From NCBI GenBank assembly GCA_008632985.1, contig QPGO01000037.1:310001-374000 (forward strand): 64,000 nt of DNA. The letters are read 5' to 3'. This DNA comes from Psammoneis japonica. Lineage: Eukaryota. The position numbers and the translations under genes are program-made. Shown here piece by piece: positions 1-13,130 of this stretch. Position 1 is the stretch's first letter, and each line of letters starts with the position of its first letter. The notes under the pieces are model-generated. The model was not told the DNA's origin. It searched no databases and saw only the letters and a program-made list of their open reading frames with translations.

Positions 1-2400
1 AAATGATGGAAGTGTTTGGCTTTGTTTTGCTCTTGTTCCAGTTCAATGATGTCTGCCACTCCTGCAAACTGAGCTTTTGTTTCTCTGTGTTCATGTGGTT
101 TGATGTTGAAGAATGCAGCACTCTTCTTTGCCCCCACCAAATGTGGCTCTTGCCTGTTCCTCCAATCTTTCTCCTTCCTGTCCCATCTCTTGTCTTCCTG
201 GGATTTGTTGCTGTCTTTTTCAGACTCTTTGTCTTCTTCACAATGTCTGCAACATTCTTCCTTGACTTCTTGGCACTGTTGGTGGTGGGACTGGATCTTT
301 TGTCAGCCGGTGTCTGGCTTGCTTCTTCACATTCATCACATGAGTCAGGTTTGTCTTTGCAGTCTTCATCTTCTGACTTGGTTTTGCAGCTGGCATTGTT
401 GGGCTCAGTTTTGTTTTTGTCTTTGTTTTTGCTGTCATTTTTGACTTTTGTTGCTTTTGTTGTTGACCACCCCTGCAGTCCAGACAGCATCACCCAGATT
501 GTCTTGACATTTGCCCATGAATTTGAGCTCTTTGATGCCTTGTGATGTGGCCATCTTCTCAATGGCTCTCATGTGTTCATGTCAGTCAAGGGCACACCAG
601 CGCACTTGTGGGGATTCAAAAGCTTGCCCGAGTGCAGGTTCATGACTCAGTGGACACCCTTGGGCAAATCAAAATGTGGTTGCAGGTAGATGCTTTCAAT
701 GCCATGTGCATCCATGGTGTTCATTGGGTTGTTTTCAACATGAGATGGCACAAAGTCCCCAAAACAGAGCTCAAAGTGTTTGTTGCAGGCAAGGTTCCTT
801 CATTGCATGTCAGTGAAAAAACTTTGGACATGACAGTTGTGTTCTTGAACACAGCATGCTTGCACATCAGTTTGGGTGTCATCTTGTGTGGTGGGTTGCA
901 CACAATGGCTTCAGTTTGTTCCTTGCTGGTCTGCATGCTCCCCTCAACTTTGGGAACATGGTCACTTGTGTTTGTGGACACCAGCTCTAGATTTGTGCCA
1001 TCTGCATCTTCTGTCAGCATGGCCTTGATCTCAGGATCACACTCAACAAAGTTGATCTTGAAAAGAGCTGTGTTGCGCTGTTGGAGAATCATTGTCCAGT
1101 GCATCATAAAAATGTCAGCACACTTCTTGGACTTCAGTCTCACTCTCTTGATTGGCACTTGATGGTCTTAACTGTTGTGCACAGCAGCTCAGTGCTGCAT
1201 GCTTTCACAGTGTCAATGCAGAGGATCACACCTTCTCTCTGCATCTTGCAGGTCTCAGGTGCTGGCATGGCTGTGATGTTGTTCCTCTCATGGGATGATG
1301 TGCACATTTGGTCTTGTCTTTTAGCATGTCTGTTGGTGGACCCCAAATGGCTGCCATCCTGTCCACATCTTAAAGTGCAATGGACCTTGTTTGAATGCAA
1401 AAACAGCTTGAAATCTATCACATTTGGTGCTCCAGCTATGAAGCACAGCCTGAGTGCTTGCTCAGCATTCAATGCCTCCCTCTTGGTGTGGCCTGTGGAA
1501 CAAGCTTCACTGTCAAAACACCACAGCTCCAGATGCACTCCTGTGCTCTTTGTTGCTCTCCTTCTGCTGCTTCTTCTTCTTTGACAGCATGCTCGCCGGC
1601 AACTCACTCTCTTGAAGATCTTTTGCATGGTCATAAAACTTCTGGCTTGGCATGGGGGTGTGCATCCTGGTGTCATTCACTTTGAACACCCCAACTTGCT
1701 TGCCAGTTTTCTTGTCTGATGGTTGAAACTCATCCACCACTCGGTTGTCACATGTCATGCAGAACTTGCTCTTCATGTCCTTTAAACTGAAGATGTTTGC
1801 CTTGCCATTGCATTCTGGATGCAAGCTTCACATCCCCCCATCCAGACATGGCACAGTTTTTGTCTGAAGCACCTGCTCCTGCACTTGTGGACAGAACAAT
1901 CTTGGTCTTTGCCAGTCACACATTGTGCACCACTCTCAGGCTTGCCACCATGCCAAGGGCAGAGCCATTGTCAAGGATGATTTCATCTGCCTTGATGCCC
2001 ATGTTGGCTTGGCTCAGTCTCATCTCTGGTCTCTTGATGCAGTTTTGCTCCTGCTCTGGCTGCAATGGGTTGGTTGGTTGGATCTGGTGGTGTGTTGACA
2101 CTCATGTTCTCACCATCCACCAACAAGTGGTCTTCATCTTGTGTGTCTGTGCATTTTTGTTCTTGTGTGTTTGCGTGCATGACTCTGTCCCCTGGTGCCC
2201 AGCTTCTTTCCTGTGGTCTTGTGAACCAGCTGTCAAATGCCATGTCATTTCAATGCTTGCAGTCTGGGGACTTGTGATTTGGTTCACCACAACAGCAACA
2301 CACTGTGGTGTTTCTCTGGTTGCCCTTCTGGGAATGGCTCTGGTTCTTTGGATTGCTGATCACCATTGACCAACTCCACAGCATGCTGAATCACATGAGT
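1..2400 (-). mobile_element. Degenerate Ty1/Copia (CoDi-like) pol relic: protease, GAG-pre-integrase and integrase
   Basis: Minus-strand fragments EIILDNGS (protease), ANIFSL, and NTSDHVPKVEGSMQTSKE (integrase EHVP..ER motif) in Copia order. Strong TA and CG depletion. Ends not defined. Confidence 0.65.
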
Positions 2401-4360
2401 GGCCAAGATGGGAGAAGGGCTCCAACCAAAGAGAAGTCAGCCCCAATGACAGAGATGTGAGACAAGATCAAGCCAATCAACCAGCCAAGGTGGAAAGCAG
2501 ACTCTGGCACACTGGCATTCCAAGCATGGCACACCACTTGTGGAACATTTCTCCACAATCCATGACTCCCATCACAGCCCCAGGAGGCAGATGTAAAAAA
2601 AGAGCATTTGGCACAGGCATGAAAAACTTCAGAGTGAAAAGGGAGGGATTGACTCTGTTTTCAGTGTCACTCTGCACACAACCTGAATGTCATTGTCACC
2701 TTTGGAGATGACAAGAAAGGGGATGAATGTCCACACACCATGGTGTGGTCATGCACGTCAGTGGACACTGGAGCAAAACTTGGCTGACAGATGGCATTTG
2801 AGAAGTGACCCCTGCACACCCATGAAGGGGCCATTCTGACAAAACTTCTTCAGATTTTTTCTTGCTTCCAAGGCAAACAGTGACCAGTGCACCAAGGCAA
2901 GAACCCCAACTTGACATGCAGCCATGTTCCACATGCAGGATGAACCAGATGTTGTGCAGACCCCAGTCTGTCAAATTTGCCAAGAGGGCCCAGAGCTGTT
3001 GAATGTGCAACATCTGGTTCCTGTCCACTGGTGCACATGCAAGAAGAGCCTTCAGCTGGCAGGTCATGAGATGAGGCAGGAGAAGGAAGCTTGCACCCCA
3101 CTGGGGCTGCCCCCCCCCCTGCAGTGTCTCATTTTCTGTTGGATGCCAGCATGCTCTTGTGAGACAACGTGGAAGCTCCAATCAAAGAATGCAGCAATGA
3201 TGCTGCATCATGAATGTTGCAACTGAGTTGGACATGGGGCAAAGCCAAGCCCAAATTTCAGCAGGGCCATTGAAGGTCACCCCGTGGGCTGAGACCCTGC
3301 ACCCAACCAAGGCTTCTTGACTCTCAAGCACAACTGGCTTCCACCTTTCACTTGATCTTCTGCAGATTGTCGGCAGGTTCAGAATCCCTTGCTTCTGCAG
3401 CACATCCACAAGGCCCTCAGCAAAGCTGCCCTGAACTTCTTGCAAGTGATCCAAGCAAGCAAGGATGTCTGCATCCAAGAGTGGAGGGTTGGCTTCAATG
3501 GCAGATGCATGCAACGCGAGCTGATCATTTCATTGGAGAGTGCTGAGGCGCTCCATGTCCATTCACAGGTTTTGGATTGGCTGCTCAATGGAAATCCTGG
3601 AGGGACCAAAGACACTGTTGCAAGAGAGAGCATCTTCTTCCACATCCAAGCTGTGGCTTCAACCTCATGGACACCTGCTCGGGCCCCAAAGGATTGTCAA
3701 AACCCAGATTCCCGCCCGATGTGGAGGGCAGAGTTGCAGGAAAGGACTCAACTTGGAATGCCAGCCACAAGTCTGTGATGAACTTCCACTGTCCAATGGC
3801 AAGCCAAGCTGGGTCTGCAATGCCACAGATGGCAACAGCAACGATGGGAGCAATGCAGCCCCGTTTGTTGTTCGCAGACTTTGTGGAGTTGCCCGTGTGT
3901 CTTCGCATGCCCACGTGGTTCAAAGGTGCAACTTTTTGTGAGTTGATGTCAGAGTGGAGATCAAGAGGAGTCAGCAAGTGTTTTAAAACACAAGAATTTC
4001 ATCACCTGCAAAAAAGATGAATCCAATGCGTGGTTGATGACTAGATGTTGGGGTCAATGCGAGCGCTGCAGCAGCAGTCGTGGGTTCTTGGGTTCCATCC
4101 GAATCCGGAAACAGTCATTCCTGAAGAACGTGCCCTTCTTCATTTCCTCAACCCAACATGTTGCAATTCAAAGTGCTTGACAACATTGAGGGAAACGAAC
4201 AATTCAATGTCGGAAGACATCATGACCAACAGAATCACGAGTGTCGACGGCGACTCAGTGCCAGTTGGACCCGGAGGTGCAAAGTGCAGTGCCGGCAGGC
4301 ATTCATGCCACAAGTGCGGGTGCGGCAGGAACCCAGTGCGACAACTCTCGTCTGACAGTT
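2400..4360. mobile_element. Unclassified hypermutated repeat relic
   Basis: Same TA-poor, TG/CA-rich composition as the identified TE relics, ending sharply near 4360. No family motif recognised. Confidence 0.4.
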
Positions 4361-4801
4361 AGGAGAAGTCGACTGAAGGTCGAGTAGTAAACGTATTGCT
4401 AGCATTAGGGCTAACAATAGCGATAGAATCGATAAAGCTGCTAATGTCTTGTTACACTAGGTGTTGTAATTGTGAGCAGAAAAAGAGGAGAAGTTCTCCA
4501 AAAGAAGGCGGGAAACCGCATACGTAAGTGAAGCGCGCGCGAATCGCGCATGAGTTCGTACTGTGCTGGCACTCGCATCATCCGTGCATCTCGAAGCTAC
4601 CGGTACCAGCTAGAGAGGGTACCAACCGCAAAGCAACTTGACGAGTCGTCCCTTTGTTAAAATGTCAGCGCGTTGCAGGTCTGTTGCGATCTTGGATACA
4701 GTAACTCTAGACGGTAGGAATCGAACAAACCATAAACCTGCCTCCATCCAACGTCAGCTACTTTTTTCGTCTGGTGTTGTATGTCATCGAAGATATCGAA
4801 G

Positions 4802-5571
4802 ATGAGGGATTGTGTTTTCAGCCTTCTTGGGGCGTGGATGTTTGTCTTCCTGTCATCTGGTGTGACAGATGGGTTTTCTGTTTCTCCCAGTAGAATATCT
4901 TCGTCGTGTTCCACATCAAAACTGCAGGGCAGCACCGGGAATAATGAGGCGCCTGCATCGCCTGTCCCGTTCATCAAGACAATGGTAGCCACGGTAGCCC
5001 TCGGCACAACTCTAACATTTTTATCTGTTCCTGTTCAAGCATTTGAGGAATCGGATTTTGCTAGTGACACCGTGATGGAGGCAGTCAAATCTCTCGACAG
5101 TGCAAACGGTGACGCCGACAAAACTTTTGCAGCCTTTGAAGGCATCGCATCCATAATTACAGAGGGTCGGGGAGTTGGTGGGCAAATCAATTATGAGGGT
5201 GTAAGTCTCGAGCGTGGATACGTCGCTGATGAGGATACCACAGTTTATAATCCCGGTTTGTCCTTACTTACGGAATCCGAGAAGGAGCGCCTCGTCAAGG
5301 CGGCACAGGATGCTCGATCGGTGCCTTGTCAAAGTCCACATGGACAGACAATAATCAGGTGGCATATGAATTCCTGAAAGAAAAGCTTGACCCCCTTCAC
5401 ATGGCGGAACTTCGGGGGTACTTGGGCTTTGTGCCCGTTCTTGGTGCCGTCTTGTACTTGGCGTCGCTTGCCGTGCAACAGTTTGCTCGTGATTTGTTCC
5501 CGGCCGCCTACATTGCCTCGGCAGTTGTAATCTTTCTTCCTATAGCAGTGCTAGTGTTGCTTGGACAATAA
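4802..5571 (+). CDS. Hypothetical plastid/thylakoid-targeted membrane protein, one frameshift near 5325
   Basis: Signal peptide ending TDG-FSV (ASAFAP-like), second hydrophobic leader ending VQA, two C-terminal TM helices. ORFs 4781-5377 and 5326-5571 overlap in different frames. Confidence 0.6.
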
Positions 5572-6160
5572 AGAAAGAAACAGTGATTTAAATTAAACAA
5601 TGCTCCTGCTAGAGAATACAGTACAGGTATTTGTATTTTCAATCTCTTTGTCCTTTCTTAGCAACCCCGAGACTCACAATATCATGCAGATTCTCTCGTG
5701 AGCAAGGAATTAAAACACGTTCAACCCCAGAATGTTGATCTACGGTCTTTTCCACAATATCATGGTCAGTAAGTTCCTCCAAAAACTGACGAAGAATGGC
5801 ATCGCTTGGCGTGACCATGCGTTGGGTGTTCCCGGCCGCCTACATTGCCTCGGCAGCTGTAATCTTTCTTCCTATAGCAGTACTAGTGTTGCTTGGACAA
5901 TAAAGAAAGAAACAGTGATTTAAATGAAACAATGCTCCTGCTAGAGAATACAGTACAGGTATTTGTATTTTCAATCTCTTTGTCCTTTCTTAGCAACCCC
6001 GAGGCTCACAATATCATGCAGATTCTCTCGTGAGCAAGGAATTAAAACACGTTCAACCCCAGAATGTTGATCTACGGTCTTTTCCACAATATCATGGTCA
6101 GTAAGTTCCTCCAAAAACTGACGAAGAATGGCATCGCTTGGCGTGACCATGCGTTGGGTG
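5495..6160. repeat. 332-bp tandem duplication covering the 3' ends of two convergent genes
   Basis: 5495-5826 is repeated at 5827-6158 with 4 mismatches and TG microhomology at the junction. Confidence 0.92.
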
Positions 6161-7716
6161 CATTCCTTCCTCCACGCCGTGTATTCCACAGGCTCATCCC
6201 CTTTGGTTGATGCCTTCAACTGAAGACTGGCCAACAGCTGCAGTGATTCAGAAATTCGTGGTGCGAGAGATTTCAACACGTGCTGGAACTTGTCAAGGGA
6301 GACTCCACCTCGTTTTTTCCGTGATTTTGCTGATGATGCGAGCGCCTTGGACTTTTTGAAATCCTGGTCGTCAAAGCCGTATTTGATTTCCTCGTAGTAG
6401 GGCTTGAATGTATGTATTTCGTGCCAGATCCAAGAGAAGTTGGCGCGGGTCGTTACATCCCATAACACGCCCAAGGCGTTGACATGATCGACGCTTGATA
6501 TCAAACGGATGGCCCTTGTACCTGTCGCACGCACCGTAGAACAAACAACAAGCGCGGACAAGGCTTGCTGCGACAAGCTCCGTCTCAATCCTACACCGTC
6601 AACATTGTGCAACACCAAAAATATCGGCCTCTTTCGTGTTGCTGCCAGCTGTCGAGAAATCGCCACGGCTCGTTTCACCACTGGGTTTGTTGAAAAACGA
6701 CTCGACCGTTCATCCATGCCAACTTGTCGTCCCTCTTCAAGTGACTTTATCGAAGGTTCCCTCCCTTCAAGAAACTGATTTACAAAGACATCCAGAATAC
6801 CTTCTATAGTAACTTCCTTGTTGTACCCTTGAATAGCCAACACGTCCCCGTCGCATTCCAACCGTTTGGCAAACGTCTTGAGAACATTCCGCTTTGATCC
6901 AAATCCAACGAAGAGTAGCGAGTGATTGGTGGAAAGCAAGTAGGCGAACTTTTCCATTTGCCGATTGCTTGGACGTGGATCAGACTCACAGTCTTTCTTG
7001 GCGCCATTGCTCTTTGATAATTCTTGGACGCACTGCGAAGGAAGTGGCATTTCAAGCTTTTCTTCTCCGTCAGCTTTGTCAGAAGTTGCCGTGGCTTGGG
7101 CAGTAGCATTGCGGATTTGACGCTTTTTCATGTACATATCAGCACCAGGTTCGAAGATCGTTGTAGAAGCTCTTTTGCGCTTGCCAGTTGTGCGGGTACC
7201 TGGCTTTTTCTTTGCAACAGCAGCATCATCATCTTCTTCTGTTGCTTTCTTTTTCGATGTGGAGGTCTCTTCAGTGTCACTAGGAGCTTCTTTCTCGGCG
7301 TCCTTGGGCATTTTCCTAGCTTCTGGTTCTCTAGGCCTCCCATCATAGAACATTCTCGTCAAGAGATCATTGCGAAGTGCTTCGTGTCGTCTTCTCCTTT
7401 GTGTTGGTATGCTGTAATGTGGTGCCACTGGCGGTGCTTCCAACGAGCAGAACTGAACGCTCGGTATTGCAAACTTATCAAAGTATTCCTGTAATTCTTT
7501 GGATTCGAGGCATAATGGAGTATCACCGTGTACGGAATCAAAAGGCGGCTCCTCGTACTTGTGGCCATCCCGTTGACGATGCGTCCAGTTGTTTGCAGCC
7601 AGAGAACTCCACTGAAGTGTTTGACCTCCTGTTTTTGTTCGTAGTAACCACGATGATAACTCATCCCGCTCATCACCACTCAACTCATTGAGCGACTGCG
7701 GTAAGTTGTCCGACAT
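5971..7716 (-). CDS. ORC2: Origin recognition complex subunit 2
   Basis: LLFVGFGSKR, LHNVDG, SVDHVNA..WD, HTFKPY and ELTDH motifs. Likely start MSDNL at 7716, although the ORF is open to 8049. Confidence 0.88.
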   Translation of the reverse strand: MSDNLPQSLNELSGDERDELSSWLLRTKTGGQTLQWSSLAANNWTHRQRDGHKYEEPPFDSVHGDTPLCLESKELQEYFDKFAIPSVQFCSLEAPPVAPHYSIPTQRRRRHEALRNDLLTRMFYDGRPREPEARKMPKDAEKEAPSDTEETSTSKKKATEEDDDAAVAKKKPGTRTTGKRKRASTTIFEPGADMYMKKRQIRNATAQATATSDKADGEEKLEMPLPSQCVQELSKSNGAKKDCESDPRPSNRQMEKFAYLLSTNHSLLFVGFGSKRNVLKTFAKRLECDGDVLAIQGYNKEVTIEGILDVFVNQFLEGREPSIKSLEEGRQVGMDERSSRFSTNPVVKRAVAISRQLAATRKRPIFLVLHNVDGVGLRRSLSQQALSALVVCSTVRATGTRAIRLISSVDHVNALGVLWDVTTRANFSWIWHEIHTFKPYYEEIKYGFDDQDFKKSKALASSAKSRKKRGGVSLDKFQHVLKSLAPRISESLQLLASLQLKASTKGDEPVEYTAWRKECTQRMVTPSDAILRQFLEELTDHDIVEKTVDQHSGVERVLIPCSRENLHDIVSLGVAKKGQRD

Positions 7717-8358
7717 GGTCAACGCGAGATTATCAACGATAAGGTCCACTTTTCTTTCCGTGCGTTGATGTAGCCGCCATGGCTTGCGCTGATTTGGATT
7801 GGCATTTTTTTTCGATTTTCGATCTTCACCCATAAAGCACAATTGCCGAACAATCATAGCTCCAAATACCCGTTTACCGGTTACCGTTTCGAAGTTACCT
7901 GGAATTGGAATGGAGCAGGTTAGGTTAAGCAAGTAAGAGGACAGAGTCGCAGACATGGCCAAGCAACCTGAAACTATTGTGTATCGCAAGGTAAAAGACG
8001 TTGAAGATACGTTAATCAATACGACATGGTGAAAGTAAATATTTTTCATGGCATCAAGCTTTAAAAGACAGATCTACCCAGACTTCCAGATCTCAGGTTC
8101 TGGTTCTCTCTCTACCGGTAGAGAGAGCGCTTTGTGGGACGACTCATGCGTCTATAAACCTTGATGATTGTACTGCATCATAGTCCTACGGTACGGTACA
8201 GAGACTGTGTATTGCAAAGTGGTAGCGCATTTGCAATATACAACTAATGCAGGCTTCCTGGAAGTCGAATAATGGATCACGATCGAAGAATTCAAACTGA
8301 ACAAAAAGATAAGCTGCGTCGTTCTTTTCTTTTATTCGTCTGAGATTCTATTCTCGCG

Positions 8359-8697
8359 CTATGTCGCCTTTCCCTCGTTCACTTGCTCTTGTTGCAGCTT
8401 GTTGAAGAAGTTTGCCATCATGGACCGAGGTGGAGGCGCCGGAAGAGCCCAAGGGTTCAAAACACGCATTGAATTCATGACTTCGTCTCTACTTCTTGAT
8501 TCATCCTTTGTATAAGAAGAGGACATCTCCCTCCATGTCTCCGGGGAACGAGCGGTGCGAAGGTTGCGGCTGTACCTTGTGAAATTTTCGTTTTCCTTGT
8601 TGTCGGATGTGTGTCTAATCGAGCTCTTTGTATGATACAGTTCACCGTAGATGGCGACATAATCAGCGTTTTTAGAATTATGCGTTGAGGGCATCAT
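8359..8697 (-). CDS. Small hypothetical protein, paralog of 19642-19947
   Basis: Shares YGE..H.KSS, NKEN and NSMR.LNPWA.PAP..RS.M.NFFNK with the 19642 ORF. Confidence 0.65.
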   Translation of the reverse strand: MMPSTHNSKNADYVAIYGELYHTKSSIRHTSDNKENENFTRYSRNLRTARSPETWREMSSSYTKDESRSRDEVMNSMRVLNPWALPAPPPRSMMANFFNKLQQEQVNEGKAT

Positions 8698-8948
8698 GGG
8701 GTTGCTTGGTTTCTCCTTTTTCTAGTCGAGGTCAAATTGTGAGTAGAAAAATGAGGCAACAAGTGAGGCGCAATATCTTTCGCTGTGCATTTTTCGCGAT
8801 GATGCACAGCGTGTAGATTTGTACAAGGATTCACTACTAAGAAAGCAGACGCAACTCATGACCCTTGTTCGTGACTCCCAAATGTCGCGTTTGTCCCGCG
8901 GCTGACGTGTCTTCAGATGCTACAATAAGTCTAGTTATCCATATCATA

Positions 8949-9266
8949 CTACGAATTGCTGAACAATTGCGCGATACACGTGCCCGAAGGGTGATTGTTG
9001 CTTCGGGCACGAAATTCGTGCTTCGCGCACGTAGAGACCGTAGAAAATATACCAGCATTCGAGAATGTCCGATTTGTGTAGATCACGTAGCACAGTACCA
9101 CAGAGGTCATTGATGAAATTACTTCAACGACTCATGCGACTACAATGATATTTTCAATACCATATACTATGTAGAATGGACATCTGCGCGAAGGAAGAAT
9201 GTTGCTTCGGGCAACGATATTCGACCTTCGGGCACGTGTATCGCGCAATTGTTTTGCAATTTGTAG
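8949..9266. mobile_element. Tc1/mariner-type MITE with TA target-site duplication
   Basis: About 42-bp imperfect TIRs (CTACGAATTGCTGAACAATTGCGCGATACACGTGCCCGAAGG and its reverse complement), flanked by TA at 8947-8948 and 9267-9268. Confidence 0.8.
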
Positions 9267-9566
9267 TATTTAGGGAATTAGTAAGTGGAGCGACACATGC
9301 ACTGTAGCTCCAGAGCTACTAGAGCGTCTATAAAGAAGGGTATCTTCGCTAGAGCTTACACACTTATCCTATGACGAGTGCCTACTCTTTTTGCGAAGAT
9401 ATTTTCCCAAGATAGGCCGCATAGCATGGTGCTCCCTGTTGCAGAGACTTTATGCCATAGTCGGATCGGCGGCAAGTGTTTGGAAAGCTACACGTCAACG
9501 CAAAGCATCACAGTAGCGTGTGAACCCACTCCCCTTCTTTTCAAAGTCTCCCCTATACAATTCTCG

Positions 9567-10786
9567 TCAAGCATCACTGCTACCGTTGTCGTGAGCCACT
9601 GCTTTCTTCATCCCTTCCCATCCCAGTTGCAACATGCGCTGTGCATTCCTTCGTTTAACCCTCGATATATCCCGTACTGACAAACCTTTAAAATCAGCAT
9701 TTCGAATCAAATGAATGGTGGGATAGGGTGCACGGTGCATGGCATTGTCGGGTAACGGTGGTCGCACCACTTTACAACATGGGTTGGTGGGAAGATTGTC
9801 GTCGCTGTCGGGGCTGTCATCTACTACTTTGTCAAGTATCCAATCAACGGGAACATAATGTTCTTGTTCATCATCCTCAAATCTAACTTTGATGTGCCTT
9901 CTACCAAACCTTCGATTGCTCGTCTCTAAAATGGTGGCTGAGTGGGTGGATTGACATCCACGTTTGTGACATTTTACAATGGTACCAACGGGCATATCTG
10001 GTGGTAGACCTCGCCACCTCAAAAACTGGGGATGAAAAGACACCAATGTGATTTCCTGTTGCAGCATTTTCATCAAGTTTGCTCCTTCTTGTTCATCTTT
10101 GATTGACAAGTCTGTAGCAGGGCCGTTGCATTTATCATTCTGCAAGTTATCGTCTGGTATTCGTTGCCCAAAATTCTTGACAAAGTCATCGAAAAGAGAA
10201 TAGTTGTCATTCCAAATTGCAACATGGGGACAAACAATCAACGTACTGGTCCAAGGTAGCACATTATCGCTAGTTGTTCCATCACATTTTCCCAAGAGAG
10301 CTTTTGCCTCCTCGAGCAATACCTTTGCAACGTCTGATACGGTAGTGCAGCTGCAGGTTACATAGTTGAGTCGACCGAGGTTGCGGGATTTCATGGCCCA
10401 CGGACACAAGCCAAGACCAATCGGGATTTGATTGGTCCAGGATCGCACGGCTGCCGTGTATGGGCTATCGTCGTCCTCGTCGTAGTTTTTACGTGGTGAT
10501 GAAGAAAGCGATGACTTTTGGTTGTAGGGCGCACTTGTGTTGTCGCTGTAAGTTATACAGTCGGTACTCGTAGAGCTTGATAATTCTTCATGATATCATC
10601 ATCATCATCATCAGTGCTAGTACTACTGCTCTCATCGATACGCTCCTCCTCCTCTTGGGCAACTCCTTCTTCGTTTTGTGACTCGTCACGATGGCTAAAG
10701 TATTCTTCTCCCTTTGGTTTGTGCTCGTCCCAGCAATCCTTTCCACGAGTCGAATCGTTCATCACCTTTTTCCTCCTCCACGCCAA
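9567..10786 (-). CDS. DUF1415-family protein with an inserted Tudor/SH3-like segment, probable frameshift near 10590
   Basis: IGLGLCPWA, SFHP and HRAPYPTIHLIR..RNA motifs. The upstream acidic ORF 10553-10786 joins through a single frameshift. Confidence 0.65.
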
Positions 10787-11176
10787 TGCAGCAAGAGTGC
10801 CAAATCAATAGTAGCTATCCAACAGCAGACCATGGCTGTCATTCATCGAGTGCGAAAGAACAAACCAACGGAAAAAAGCCCGACCTCAAAATATAAAATT
10901 GAAAATTCACTGGGGCAATTGGGGGCAATGTCTCTTTTTCAAAATAATATATATTGAATGAATCCTGCAAGTTTTTTAATGTTGTATGATTTGGTATGTT
11001 TCACCGTGAGTCGACGTACGAAAGACAAAAATCGTTAGTTCAAGTCTTCCGTTGCCGTTGAATGAATGAAATATGTAACCGCCACAAACTTTCGCTCTTG
11101 CCAGTCTCGCTTTTGGCCATGAGCAAAAACCGCAAGGGCTTGACAGTTTGTGACTTGTACCATACACCAAGATCAA

Positions 11177-12600
11177 ATGACGGAAGGCATTAGTTCTCGT
11201 TTTATGACTGTGTTCAATCGCCATGTTGGACGAATTGTCATGATCCTTACATCAACGGCTATATTCCAATTGCTGCGTCTGCAGATTGCGACAACATCAG
11301 AGACCGTCATGTACATGAGGACGACGGAAACGCAGACAAAGCAACATATCTTTACAAATAATGAGGAAAAACGTTTCTGTACGCGAGATGAGATTAGAGA
11401 AGGTGCATGGAAAAAGGTTTTGCTGAAAGCACCACCCTATGTTCCGACCGATAAGCGAAGCATCTGCTACAGAGCCGACGTCTTTGAGAACCCACATTCA
11501 CGTCTTGGGATTGGCTTCCGACCAACAGTGAAAAAGATGCAGGTGGCTGTCGATTCAGTCCATGGGACAGTGACGCGTTCTGTAGAGTTGCCAACGGCAT
11601 TAGAACGAGTAGTGTGCCGACATTGGCAATAGTTGGGGACTCACTGTCATTTGAACAATACAGCTCGTTGGTACAGCTGTTGGGCTTGCCTTCACAAGAA
11701 GATGATCAGGTGACGGCAAGAACACAGAATATTATCCAAGCGGCTTGTAATTGGACAATGGTATACAGACAGAGTGATTCCCTTGAGATTCTGCCGTCGG
11801 TTGTGGAAGCAAACGATCCAAATGTGATTGTCATAAGCCGTGGTGCGAATTATGTCAATGATGAACAATTTGTTTCTGAGCTTGAGAGTACTATTCAATT
11901 TCTTCAAAGCTGGCAGAAGGGCTGTAGTGCGCAAGGCAAAACATGTTGGCTCTTTGTACGAACTTCAGTTCCGGGACACCCAAAATGTGGTGACTACAAA
12001 GAGCCGAGTAGTAGTAAACAAGCGATGGAAGCTTTGGTTGCAAACCAGAGCAACTACGCAGAAGAAAAACAGAGAATCTTTTACCAGTGGAACATGAAGC
12101 ATCAGAATGAACTGGTACTTGATCTTTTTTCCAAGTCGGGGCTACAATACCAGGTCATTGACGCGTACGAACTCAATATCTTGAGGCCAGATCTCCATCG
12201 GCTTCCAGATTGTCTACGAAACTGTTATCCCGGAAAGATAGACGTATACAATCAATTGCTTCTCCACTTTTTGCAACAGAATTTGATTGAGACACAATCA
12301 TACAGCGCTGGACAAGCGCAAGTGCCCACACACGACAGCAGTTCTACACCTAGTTTGAAAGAAACCACAAATAGTGAGCCTCAAGTCATGAACTGTGGCT
12401 GTCCTTCAATCTGCAACGACACTGCGCTTGGACAACGGAGAAAGAAATACCCTTTTTCTTGTAAGGAACGCATCCTATACATGATGAGCAGGTATCAAAT
12501 GACCGAGGCCGCAGCTTGCGCACACGCGAGTAATCCAGAATATGGCGCATGTGGTCCAGAATGCGATCCAAAGCTTTGTGGAGCGAACCCTCCTTCATAG
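11177..12600 (+). CDS. TBL/PC-esterase (GDS...DxxH) O-acyltransferase-like protein, copy 1, frameshift near 11489 and DxxH changed to DxxR
   Basis: N-terminal anchor, IVGDSL, RTSVPGHP, DCLRNCYPG, Cys-rich C-terminus. Restoring 1 bp near 11489 aligns it with copy 2. Confidence 0.72.
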
Positions 12601-13130
12601 AATTTTAGAGCAAGTCCTCTGTCTCCATATCGACGTCATTTTTTGCCTACATGTCGATGTCCCCGTACTGTTATGTGTTTTTGTGTGGAGAACTTGCCTA
12701 ATGAACTACGTGAAATTTGATCGACGGCTTGATCGTCCAATGGTAGGTGGACTACTCCATGCAACACAAACTATGTTAGATGAAGTTTTCTTCTCCCTCT
12801 GGCTTCATGCTACCGTACAGTGTATTGTGTATTGTTGCGCCGCGAGGGAAAAAAGAAAACACGAAATCCATCAACGAATCGGTCATTTTTGTCGGGTCAT
12901 TTGAAGGACGTTTTTTGGTTGAGGTGCTGAGGTCTGCCGTTACCGCGTTTATTTAGCGTTCACCATAAACCGTAACCCAAGAGACCAGCCAAACAAAGCC
13001 AAGCGTGGGCAAGAGCAACATATAACAGTTGCGTTGCTTCCCCCCCCAAGACACTGTAAATGAGTTGCTGTAATTTTACCGCTATTCATGCGATCATTCG
13101 CAATGTTGGACGTATTTTCCTGATCCTGAT

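Noticed and set aside
7717..8049. N-terminal extension of the ORC2 ORF
   Set aside because: It does not resemble ORC2 and is probably an open upstream region. The start at 7716 is preferred but unproven.
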